This document shows positions 7,639 through 15,192 of a DNA stretch of 33,578 nt, in pieces (the first letter of the stretch is position 1; each line of letters begins with the position of its first letter). The notes under the pieces are model-generated. The model worked only from the letters and a program-made list of their open reading frames with translations, made no database searches and was not told the origin of the DNA. The translations under genes were made by a program, and so were the position numbers. The DNA lies in IMG/VR virus record IMGVR_UViG_3300020045_013871, positions 1 through 33,578 of that record. One strand, given 5' to 3'. The DNA comes from a virus (lineage: Duplodnaviria > Caudoviricetes).

Positions 7639-7819
7639 TTTCTTGCTCCACAATAATGGTAATGGTAATATCGCGTACAATTTTTATTTGATCGCTCAGG
7701 TCATCCCCTATTTTTTCCCACCAATCACCACCGGCTAGCCCTTGAATATCGTAAATAGCATCCAGGGATAATTTTCGACCGACTTTGAATTTGTAGATTT
7801 TCTTAGATTGCGCCTTCAT
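7625..7819 (-). CDS. Hypothetical protein
   Basis: ORF within the operon; GGAGG precedes ATG 7819. Confidence 0.6.
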   Translation of the reverse strand: MKAQSKKIYKFKVGRKLSLDAIYDIQGLAGGDWWEKIGDDLSDQIKIVRDITITIIVEQENETL

Positions 7820-8093
7820 CTGCCTCCAATAATTTAATCGCTTCATCTACGCTGTTGATAATCGCCACCTGCCCACGCCAAGCCTGATGCCAATTTACCT
7901 CATCGGGCGTTAGCTTGCGCTTGCTAGGGATTTTGGATCCGTCTTTAATCTCAGCTAGCAGATTGACGCCCCGGTATCCTATCAGGATATCTGGGCAGCC
8001 CCGGCCCACCGTGTGCAGGTGTTGCACGGTTGCGCCTAGTTGCCGCAAGGCCCCAACGATAGCAACCTGATTAGCGTCAGTCCGCTTGGGCAT
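7803..8093 (-). CDS. VRR-NUC-like nuclease / putative Holliday junction resolvase
   Basis: DANQ..IV.ALR..GA...GCPDILIGY...EIKDG...KLTPDE..W...W. Confidence 0.8.
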   Translation of the reverse strand: MPKRTDANQVAIVGALRQLGATVQHLHTVGRGCPDILIGYRGVNLLAEIKDGSKIPSKRKLTPDEVNWHQAWRGQVAIINSVDEAIKLLEADEGAI

Positions 8094-8274
8094 TGTGTTC
8101 CAGCTTAAATCCCAACGTAGCCAGTCCAGACCCCGGTATGCGGTATTCAGTCCCGAACCGTCCCGGAAATGCCACCGCTGCCAGTCGGCCCGCCTTAATC
8201 CAACGCCTGATAGTGCGCGGGTGTAAATGCAGTTTGTCAGCTACTTCTTTTATCGTAAAATGTTCTTCGAGCAT
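8077..8274 (-). CDS. Excisionase/MerR-like HTH DNA-binding protein (first gene of the leftward operon)
   Basis: FTIKEVADKLHLHPRTIRRWIKAGRL...YRIP; GAGGT RBS before ATG 8274. Confidence 0.85.
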   Translation of the reverse strand: MLEEHFTIKEVADKLHLHPRTIRRWIKAGRLAAVAFPGRFGTEYRIPGSGLATLGFKLEHNAQAD

Positions 8275-8292
8275 ATCATTTACCTCATTATT

Positions 8293-8321
8293 ATTGTAAT
8301 CCATATAGGCTCTATTGTCAA
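8293..8321 (-). promoter_or_regulatory. Leftward sigma70 promoter; -35 lies inside palindrome TCTATTG-T-CAATAGA (8311-8325)
   Basis: TTGACA-17-TACAAT. Confidence 0.8.
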
Positions 8322-8375
8322 TAGACACAATAGCACTATATGGCACATCGTAGGGTTATCGTAGGGCAAGACCCC

Positions 8376-8404
8376 TTGACAGTATAGTACATTTATGATA
8401 AACT
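8376..8404 (+). promoter_or_regulatory. Rightward sigma70 promoter
   Basis: TTGACA-17-TAAACT with TG upstream of -10; ATCGTAGGG direct repeat at 8347-8355/8358-8366. Confidence 0.75.
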
Positions 8405-8516
8405 TAGGTATAGTAAAAATTAGTTAGCCTCTATCACCGAGGCAGGCCGCCCGCCCGAAGGGTGATACCGTACCAGACCGGGCGGCGGCACTAGCAGAAC
8501 GTAAGGAGCAAAAAAA

Positions 8517-8723
8517 ATGTTACACTATTCCAGCAAAGATAAAATGCACGAAATTGAAATGAAATACAATCCTGACCACGATATTGGGTCAGACCCGGTA
8601 CAGGTGGATTGGGTTAAGTATTATCTGTTAGACATCATTCGTGACCAGCAATTCCAAATTGAGGAGTTAGAGGCCAAAGTCAAAGAGATTGACGGGCGGC
8701 TTCTGGCTAATTTACCGACCTAG
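8517..8723 (+). CDS. Hypothetical protein (C-terminal coiled coil)
   Basis: TAAGGAG RBS; first ORF after the rightward promoter. Confidence 0.75.
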   Translation: MLHYSSKDKMHEIEMKYNPDHDIGSDPVQVDWVKYYLLDIIRDQQFQIEELEAKVKEIDGRLLANLPT

Positions 8724-8744
8724 TTTGAGCGTAAGGAGACTAAA

Positions 8745-9104
8745 ATGGATGTAAAATCACGGCTGAAAAATCTTATGCAATTTGGCTACACCCTCGAACA
8801 GGCAATAGCCGAAGTAGTCCCTGGCGCTGACGTCACCCTTTGGCGCAAACTGTTAGCGCAACCAGACAAACCCCCCAAGAAGAAGGCCGCCAAGCGCACT
8901 ACAAGCCGCTCAGGGCCGCGCAAGGCAAAATTCTACAGCACAGCCCGTATTGCGGGCCTGGGGCTTGTAGAGACCCTTAAGCGGGTCAATGAGAAACCCG
9001 TGGAAGCCGGCAATAGCTGGGGCGGCGCGCCTATACCGTTTGACGGGGTTGCGCCAGAAGTGGAAAATTGGGCCGATGATTATGGACTAGAGGCGATAGC
9101 ATAA
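8745..9104 (+). CDS. Hypothetical protein
   Basis: TAAGGAG RBS; basic central segment. Confidence 0.75.
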   Translation: MDVKSRLKNLMQFGYTLEQAIAEVVPGADVTLWRKLLAQPDKPPKKKAAKRTTSRSGPRKAKFYSTARIAGLGLVETLKRVNEKPVEAGNSWGGAPIPFDGVAPEVENWADDYGLEAIA

Positions 9105-9187
9105 ATCCAATCCGCTGCCCCGCTCGTGACAAAATCGGGTTATCCCCTTGACGACGGGGCGGCGGCCATTATGAAAGTTAGGAAATT

Positions 9188-9757
9188 ATGAAGATAAATT
9201 TTTTAGACGGCAGCACAAAAGATTTTACCAATTTGCGCGGGGCCAACCTGAGCGGGGCCGACCTGGGCTGGGCCAACCTGAGCGGGGCCAACCTGAGCGG
9301 GGCCAACCTGAGCGGGGCTAACCTGCACGGGGCCAACCTGAACGGGGCCGACCTGAGCGGGGCCGACCTGAGCGGGGCTAACCTGTGCGGGGCCATCCTG
9401 CGCGGGGCTGACCTGCGCGAGGCCATCCTGAGCTGGGCCGACCTGAGCTGGGCCAACCTGCGCGAGGCTAACCTGTGCAGGGCCGACCTGAGCTGGGCCA
9501 ACCTGCGCGAGGCCAACCTGTGCGGGGCCATCCTGAGCGGCGTCCGTGGCCTCGTGCGGATTTCCTGGACTGGATACGAAATGATAATCCAGGCTAAGAC
9601 AACCACCATCGGTTGCCATACCCTGCCAAATACCGAGTGGCTGGCAATGGATACTGAGACCGCCGTAACGATGGGTATCAAATGGGAACACTTTGAGTTG
9701 TACCACGCCTTTTTTGCGGCGGCAATCAAGGCACTAAAAAAGACGCCCGCCCGGTGA
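9188..9757 (+). CDS. Pentapeptide repeat protein
   Basis: About 20 A(N/D)Lxx repeats encoded by 15-bp DNA repeats; C-terminal IGC...W domain. Confidence 0.92.
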   Translation: MKINFLDGSTKDFTNLRGANLSGADLGWANLSGANLSGANLSGANLHGANLNGADLSGADLSGANLCGAILRGADLREAILSWADLSWANLREANLCRADLSWANLREANLCGAILSGVRGLVRISWTGYEMIIQAKTTTIGCHTLPNTEWLAMDTETAVTMGIKWEHFELYHAFFAAAIKALKKTPAR

Positions 9758-9875
9758 CAAACACCGAATATGAATTGCTGGATGAAATCCCGGCAAAAAT
9801 AGCAGTTGATGTTGAGAATTGAGGCACTAGAGACCAAAGTGGCTGATACCAGACCATTATGAAAGTGAGGAAAAT

Positions 9876-10112
9876 ATGAAGATAAAATTTTTAGATGGTA
9901 CGGAAAAAGAATTTACCAATTTGCGCGGGGCTAACCTGCGCTGGGCCAACCTGCGCGAGGCTGACCTGAGCGAGGTTGACCTGAGCGAGGCCAACCTGAG
10001 CTGGGCCAACCTGCGCGAGGCCAACCTGAGCTGGGCCAACCTGCGCGAGGCCAAAATTATACAAACCCAAATTTCGGTTGTAATTGCCGGCTTGGGCTTA
10101 GAAATAGTGTAA
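9876..10112 (+). CDS. Short pentapeptide repeat protein (paralog of 9188-9757)
   Basis: [21 protein letters not shown] vs [21 protein letters not shown]; about 8 repeats. Confidence 0.85.
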   Translation: MKIKFLDGTEKEFTNLRGANLRWANLREADLSEVDLSEANLSWANLREANLSWANLREAKIIQTQISVVIAGLGLEIV

Positions 10113-10186
10113 ACGCCCGTTCCGGTGACTGAAACCCCGTGAAAAACCAGGGGCAGGCCGGGCGGGCGTCTATTAAGAAGAAAAAA

Positions 10187-10429
10187 ATGAGGATACAATC
10201 TATATTAGCACGAAAAGTAATCAAGGTCAAGAGGCAGTGTGTCCAGTGCCAACTAGCCCAGGGTGGGCAGGGCGGCACGCACTGCGGGAACTGCGGCTGT
10301 TGCAGGGGGCACGCCGCGCCGGCCTGCCCCCGGCCTTTAACGGGGGTCAAGCCGCTGACGGTGGCACAAGCCGCCATTCAGGTTTGTGAGACAAACAGCC
10401 GGGCCGGGCGACTGGTCAGGGGGTGGTAA
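10187..10429 (+). CDS. Cys-rich hypothetical protein
   Basis: CVQC...CGNCGCC...C; stop abuts the next ATG. Confidence 0.6.
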   Translation: MRIQSILARKVIKVKRQCVQCQLAQGGQGGTHCGNCGCCRGHAAPACPRPLTGVKPLTVAQAAIQVCETNSRAGRLVRGW

Positions 10430-10600
10430 ATGGTCAAGCAGGAATGGGTGCGTTTCTACCGCGATTTATTGGCTGCCGGTGTTCACAAAGGCGAGGCGGC
10501 CAGTCAAATGGGCTACGAGTATGAGTTGACCACGTACCAGATTAGGCAGGTCAAAGCGGAGTACAAACGGTGGGAATTAGCAAGCAAGGGAGAAAAATAA
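10430..10600 (+). CDS. Hypothetical 56-aa protein
   Basis: MVKQEWVRFYRDLLAAG...ASKGEK*; abuts the upstream stop and overlaps the next start. Confidence 0.6.
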   Translation: MVKQEWVRFYRDLLAAGVHKGEAASQMGYEYELTTYQIRQVKAEYKRWELASKGEK

Positions 10601-11670
10601 TGTCTCAATATAAAAATATGGCGTCAGAGATGGGATTGATTGTCACGCAACCGGCCCCAATTCAGCAAGTAGATAAGTCTGAAATAACTGATATGGTCAA
10701 TCGCATTAAAACGATTGTGCCCGGCGGCGATGCTATGACCGTTGCTCAAATTACAGTCATCGCCCAGGAGAGTATCCTGTACCGGACAGTGCCGGGCCGA
10801 GACGTTCACTATTTTTTGAGCCGTGGCAATTTACAGCGTGTCTATGATTACAAGTATCTGAAAAATTTTGCCAACTTCAAAGAGCAACTTTTGAGCGGAG
10901 AACAGTCTGCCACTATCGAGGAACAATTCAGGCCTCTAACAGAACAGGAAAAAATTACCCACGGCATTGAGCCAGATTGTATAGCTGCTCTCTGCACAAT
11001 CAAAACACCCCGCGAACGCCGGGCTTTTGCCGCTGAAGTAAAACAATATTTGGAGATGGGTTTTGATAACGATTTGGCTATTAAATTAGCCAAAGAAACC
11101 TATGGAGAAATTGGAACTTCGGCGGTTGGTGTGATAGACCCCAATGAACTGGACAGGAACGGAAAAAAGAGCGAACCTCCAACGGGGTGGTCATTTATGC
11201 AATTGGCAGAAAAATTAGCCTTCAAAAATGCTATTAACCGCAAATACGGAATCCCCGCGGCTGACGAAATGCAAGCCTTGGCCTATTCGATGGCCCAGCG
11301 AGCTGTGCCTAACGATTGGAAAAATGTAGACCCATTAGTGGCGCGTGATACCCAAGCCAAATTAGCCAATTTAACGGCGGTGGCCCGCGAGGTCAAAGAG
11401 CGAGACGGTTCCATTTCTCCTGATGCACGAAAGGAGGAAATGACCAGAAATGTGATATTGATGCGCGGCAAAGAAGAAAATGGAATCGGATTATCTGAGG
11501 CTGAAGTCTTTGCTGATGAGGTCATCAGAGCTATACCATTTTTTGTGAATCAAGCCCACGTATTTGCTACCCTGCTGCAATTAAATTTGCAATTTAGCCA
11601 GGAAAACAGAGACAATTGCTTTAATCAATTGTCGATCTTTGCCAACCAAGAGACGGATAAGTTGGCCTAA
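10600..11670 (+). CDS. RecT/Red-beta-like single-strand annealing protein
   Basis: N-terminal pattern ...PGRDVHYF...YDYK and C-terminal W..MQLAEKLAFKNAINRKYG resemble the RecT MAxKxAxxxAxRKxF motif; GGAG RBS before ATG 10600. Confidence 0.6.
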   Translation: MSQYKNMASEMGLIVTQPAPIQQVDKSEITDMVNRIKTIVPGGDAMTVAQITVIAQESILYRTVPGRDVHYFLSRGNLQRVYDYKYLKNFANFKEQLLSGEQSATIEEQFRPLTEQEKITHGIEPDCIAALCTIKTPRERRAFAAEVKQYLEMGFDNDLAIKLAKETYGEIGTSAVGVIDPNELDRNGKKSEPPTGWSFMQLAEKLAFKNAINRKYGIPAADEMQALAYSMAQRAVPNDWKNVDPLVARDTQAKLANLTAVAREVKERDGSISPDARKEEMTRNVILMRGKEENGIGLSEAEVFADEVIRAIPFFVNQAHVFATLLQLNLQFSQENRDNCFNQLSIFANQETDKLA

Positions 11671-11899
11671 TTCACACCCCCGGCGGCTGGCTCAGGTTGG
11701 CCGCCGGGCATAAGGAGACAAATGTACTACGTTACCTCACAAAAACCGTATACAAGTTTACCATCAACACGCAAGCGGGGATACCCCGCAGTACACGCCG
11801 TCGATAATGGTACTACCCTATGTGGCATAAAAAATTTAAATGGGTGACAACGGAGGGGCGGAACCTCCCCGGCAGGCACGAGTTCATTAACGATAGGCA

Positions 11900-11927
11900 A
11901 GCGCCCGTAAAAGCCGGGGCAAGGAGA
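11900..11927 (+). repeat. 28-bp start-associated direct repeat, copy 1
   Basis: agcgcccgtaaaagccggggcaaggaga; identical at 12081-12108. Confidence 0.9.
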
Positions 11928-11932
11928 AAAGA

Positions 11933-12073
11933 ATGGCGAAAGATATTAAGCGATTTACTAATTTCGACGAGGCTTTTGCTTACTGCCGAGAGGCCGGCTC
12001 ACCGGTAATTGTATGGGTAAATCAGACTAAATATAAATTGTTTCCATCCGGGAAAGCATTAAAGGTATCATAG
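11933..12073 (+). CDS. Hypothetical 46-aa protein
   Basis: MAKDIKRFTNFDEAFAYCREAG...KVS*; AAGGAG RBS; lies between the two repeat copies. Confidence 0.65.
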   Translation: MAKDIKRFTNFDEAFAYCREAGSPVIVWVNQTKYKLFPSGKALKVS

Positions 12074-12080
12074 GCAAGCC

Positions 12081-12108
12081 AGCGCCCGTAAAAGCCGGGG
12101 CAAGGAGA
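12081..12108 (+). repeat. 28-bp start-associated direct repeat, copy 2
   Basis: Identical to 11900-11927. Confidence 0.9.
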
Positions 12109-12114
12109 GAAATA

Positions 12115-12396
12115 ATGGCACAATGGAAAGACGTTTCTGGAAAGGGTTTTAACGCCTGGGAAATCCGCCTCGGTATCTGGCGGTTGAGCGTGGTCTACAA
12201 CCACCGGGACTATCCTGGGAAGTACATTTACTACATCCCCGGCGTGGTCGGTGACACCCTGATGCACAATGTACCTGATGACAAACAAGCCAAAATGTTA
12301 GCGTTATCTCAGGTTGAAACTTTGGCTAGTCAGATTCTTGAAAGTACAACCGAAGCGTTGGAAGACGTTTACCAATCTGTAGGCAGTGAACAATAA
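12115..12396 (+). CDS. Hypothetical protein
   Basis: AAGGAG RBS; followed by a terminator. Confidence 0.75.
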   Translation: MAQWKDVSGKGFNAWEIRLGIWRLSVVYNHRDYPGKYIYYIPGVVGDTLMHNVPDDKQAKMLALSQVETLASQILESTTEALEDVYQSVGSEQ

Positions 12397-12414
12397 GCAG
12401 CAAGCCGAAACCCC

Positions 12415-12444
12415 AAGCGCCCCTAACCGGGCGCTTTTTTATTT
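12415..12444 (+). terminator. Rho-independent terminator
   Basis: aagcgccc-ctaacc-gggcgctt followed by a T-tract. Confidence 0.85.
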
Positions 12445-12504
12445 CCGTTTACCCCCCATTTCTGAAATAAGAATATCCATATTTGCAAAAGTGTAAATAT
12501 GCGC

Positions 12505-12533
12505 TTGACACCGGCCCGGAACAGTGGTACAAT
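12505..12533 (+). promoter_or_regulatory. Sigma70 promoter of the membrane-protein module
   Basis: TTGACA-17-TACAAT with extended TG. Confidence 0.8.
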
Positions 12534-12571
12534 CGGTATATTAAAATTTTGATATAAGTGAGGTATCACGA

Positions 12572-13252
12572 ATGGCTAAAATCCGGGAAGTAGAAATCTT
12601 ACAGGCGGCAGCGGTGGCTGTGGCTGCGCCGCGTTATATGGGCGCTTTTGCCTCAGCTATGGGGCTGATATTGCTAGAGCATTGGCCCTGGTTTGCTGAT
12701 GTCGAGATTATCACCGGGGCGGCTATGGCACTGCTTGAGGGGTGGGCCATAGCGTTCATTTTTCGTAATTGGCGGCGGCTGCGGGTGGGCAGCTCACATT
12801 GGCGGGTGCTGTTAGTTTTGCAAATCGCCTTACTGGTTTTGCTACCGGCAACAGCTACACCCTATTTGGTATCATCTCAATTTAACTTACCGGCCCACCA
12901 GATTTTGACACCCTGGCTAGTCTGGTTATGGTCGTTTGCAGTGGCAGCCATTGCGCCGCTTGTTGTGGCCGCCGTGGGCTATGCTGATGTAGGTGAGCCT
13001 ATCAAAGTATCACGTGAGCCTAAAGAGGCTCAAACCAATGAGCCTATGGTGTCACGTGAGCCGGTCATAACTCAAGCGCGTGATACCGATGAGCCAAACG
13101 GATATACACTGGTATCACGCAAAAATCAAGTGTTGACCCTGTTGAACCAGGGTTTGACCCAGGCAATGATAGCCGATGAGCTAAAGGTGTCATTGGCGAC
13201 GGTCAAGCGAGATGTCAAAAGTCTCAATGGTTCAGTGAGGTCAAATGGCTGA
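12572..13252 (+). CDS. Multi-pass membrane protein with C-terminal HTH (Spd/DUF2637-like architecture)
   Basis: About 4 hydrophobic segments, a repetitive linker, then LTQAMIADELKVSLATVKRD HTH. Confidence 0.7.
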   Translation: MAKIREVEILQAAAVAVAAPRYMGAFASAMGLILLEHWPWFADVEIITGAAMALLEGWAIAFIFRNWRRLRVGSSHWRVLLVLQIALLVLLPATATPYLVSSQFNLPAHQILTPWLVWLWSFAVAAIAPLVVAAVGYADVGEPIKVSREPKEAQTNEPMVSREPVITQARDTDEPNGYTLVSRKNQVLTLLNQGLTQAMIADELKVSLATVKRDVKSLNGSVRSNG

Positions 13253-13463
13253 CCCGCGCTTTGTAGCAGTGTACATCCCCGACACCGAGCCAGAGCTGCA
13301 AGCCCTGGTCAAGGGATGGCGAGAGACCAATGTGAATGTGTCCAGGGAATTTGTTCTGGCGCTGAAGGAGAAACACATTAACCCGCAAATCGGTCTAAGC
13401 GCGGAGGGCCTTAAACGGGTAAAAATGCTCATTGAGATTTTAGAGGGGAGGCGGGTAATATGA
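13245..13463 (+). CDS. Hypothetical protein
   Basis: GAGG RBS; overlaps neighbours. Confidence 0.65.
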   Translation: MADPRFVAVYIPDTEPELQALVKGWRETNVNVSREFVLALKEKHINPQIGLSAEGLKRVKMLIEILEGRRVI

Positions 13464-13570
13464 AGCTTGAAACAATCTGGTACGGCTGCCTATTCTGGCC
13501 GGTGGCAATCCTGGCAACTATCGCCGGGCTGATTGCCGCGTACTATGCGCCGGGGTGGACGCCGTGGTAA
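13460..13570 (+). CDS. 36-aa single-TM peptide
   Basis: MKLETIWYGCLFWPVAILATIAGLIAAYYAPGWTPW*; ATGA overlap and GGAGG RBS. Confidence 0.55.
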   Translation: MKLETIWYGCLFWPVAILATIAGLIAAYYAPGWTPW

Positions 13571-13839
13571 GCCTGAGCCACACCCAACGGACTATCATTT
13601 ACCGGCCAACGATCCAGGTAACAGTGACCATCAATGCAGACGGCATCCTGGCGGCTATGGTTCGCATTTTCTACCTGGCAGGGTTGGGCAGGCTGCGGGT
13701 TTGGACCGTCTGGCGGCTTCGCTGGGTGGCTGCGGCTGGCCGGGTGGTCTATTTGTATTGTTGTATTGTGGCGATACAACGATACAATAGGGAGAAATCG
13801 GGTTTTTATTGGTTATGGTACTGGTTTGGAGCATGGTAG
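13555..13839 (+). CDS. Hypothetical hydrophobic/aromatic protein
   Basis: Fills the operon between the peptide and 13809-14612; start uncertain. Confidence 0.45.
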   Translation: MDAVVSLSHTQRTIIYRPTIQVTVTINADGILAAMVRIFYLAGLGRLRVWTVWRLRWVAAAGRVVYLYCCIVAIQRYNREKSGFYWLWYWFGAW

Positions 13840-14612
13840 GGGATATGGCACTCTTTGGCAAGCGCAAACAACTAAACACAACCGCCGCTCTCAGCCTCCC
13901 CCCGGCGGGTGATACCGTGGTACATAACCATTCTACGCCGTGGGTTGGAATTATCGTGGTGGCGTTTTTCTGCCTGGTCATCTCGTTTCCTGTTCTATGG
14001 TGGATGCTAGTTTTCCTGGCAGACAAAGCAGGCTACAAAGACCCGGAGGCCGCCGTTGCTTGGTGGCTGCTGTTTGCCCCAATGATCGCTGCCCTGGTCG
14101 CCATTGCGCGGCTGGCGTTTCTCGATATTGCCCTGGCTGCGTGGGACAAGTGGCTGGCGTTCCGGTTGGAAGTCGAGCAGGAAGTAAGCCGCCGTGAACA
14201 CGACAAGTTGTTGACCGCCAGTACCTCGATCGCCTCCGGGCGAATGAGTGACCCGGATTATGATTTTGCGCGGGTGGTGCTGGCGGTTATGACCCGCGCT
14301 TATGATCAGTTAGCCAAGCAGGGCGGCGCTCGGTTCCGGGGACAGTCCCGCCCCTGGTCACAATCACAAAGCCTCAGTACCGCCGAGGAGATAAAGGCCA
14401 AAATCAGCGGTGACAAAGCGCTAGAGGTTGGCCGGTGGTTGGAGCGGCACGGCGTTATTACCCAGGCCGAACGAGGCCAGATTGTGACCCGTAAGTACCC
14501 GGACATTGCCAGCGTAAAGCGGGTGATAGATAGCGAGTATGACAAGCCGATTCGTCTCAATAATCCACCGATAATTGCCGGGGCGGACAATTGGAGCATT
14601 ATCGAACCTTAA
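13809..14612 (+). CDS. Membrane protein with two TM helices and a soluble C-terminal domain
   Basis: Two long hydrophobic segments; likely start ATG 13845. Confidence 0.7.
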   Translation: MVMVLVWSMVGDMALFGKRKQLNTTAALSLPPAGDTVVHNHSTPWVGIIVVAFFCLVISFPVLWWMLVFLADKAGYKDPEAAVAWWLLFAPMIAALVAIARLAFLDIALAAWDKWLAFRLEVEQEVSRREHDKLLTASTSIASGRMSDPDYDFARVVLAVMTRAYDQLAKQGGARFRGQSRPWSQSQSLSTAEEIKAKISGDKALEVGRWLERHGVITQAERGQIVTRKYPDIASVKRVIDSEYDKPIRLNNPPIIAGADNWSIIEP

Positions 14613-14639
14613 AATTTACACAACTTGTTAGTTTACCTA

Positions 14640-14668
14640 TTGACAGATTGCTAGTGGTATGTTATAAT
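14640..14668 (+). promoter_or_regulatory. Consensus sigma70 promoter
   Basis: TTGACA-17-TATAAT with extended TG. Confidence 0.88.
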
Positions 14669-14711
14669 GTAGTCAAGATTAAATAATAAATTAGTTAAGG
14701 AGAAATGAAAA

Positions 14712-14915
14712 ATGGAAATCCAAAAAGAAAAAGCTTTTCAATTGGGTAAAACCTATAGTGAGAATGATTATGATCCGCAGGATGCAGATGATGAAATCAA
14801 GGCCTTAGTTCTTGAGGCCATCCCTAACGGGGTTTCACCCGAAGTTTTTGAGGATATTCAGCGCGAAATAATTATGGCTTTTGATGAAGGATATTTTTCA
14901 AGGATTTACCAATGA
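14712..14915 (+). CDS. Small acidic hypothetical protein
   Basis: TAAGGAG RBS; D/E-rich. Confidence 0.75.
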   Translation: MEIQKEKAFQLGKTYSENDYDPQDADDEIKALVLEAIPNGVSPEVFEDIQREIIMAFDEGYFSRIYQ

Positions 14916-14979
14916 CCGAACAACTTCACTCCCCCCCCGGCCCGCCCGGAGCCGTAATCCGGGCAGAAAGGATTTTACA

Positions 14980-15192
14980 ATGAGACGACTAACCGAAGTA
15001 GAAAACAAGGCCCGCCAAAAAGCGTGGCTAAATTTAGATTTACCTCTATCCCAGGGGAGTATTTTTGAAGCCGGGTTCATCGCTGGCCTTGAATACCAAC
15101 AAGCTCAAATTAAAGCCTATCAGGATTATATTGCTGGCCGTATCACGGCAAAAGAACTAGATTTAGCAATACTAGCGGAGGCGACACAATGA
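14980..15192 (+). CDS. Hypothetical protein
   Basis: AAAGGA RBS before ATG 14980, in frame with ORF 14881-15192. Confidence 0.7.
   Translation: MRRLTEVENKARQKAWLNLDLPLSQGSIFEAGFIAGLEYQQAQIKAYQDYIAGRITAKELDLAILAEATQ

Noticed and set aside
8432-8467. TATCACC/GGTGATA matching lambda operator half-sites
   Set aside because: Spacing (22 bp) does not fit the 17-bp lambda operator and no CI/Cro homolog is present.
9230-10055. Possible CRISPR array or DGR template/variable repeat
   Set aside because: Repeats are contiguous in-frame coding units without unique spacers; no reverse transcriptase or adenine-specific divergence seen.
9178-10198. Long antisense ORFs (9178-9837, 9203-9706, 9857-10198) with RLAPL/QVGPA repeats
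   Set aside because: Shadow frames of the 15-bp pentapeptide repeats; no RBS and opposite to operon direction.
11722-11895. Short ORF MYYVTSQK...TLCGIKNLNG and overlapping ORF 11820-12008
   Set aside because: A good RBS precedes 11722, but the frame stops early and may be broken; boundaries could not be supported, so neither was annotated.
12572-14612. Holin/lysis cassette
   Set aside because: No endolysin motif nearby; the module has its own promoter, is opposite to the late genes and includes an HTH fusion.
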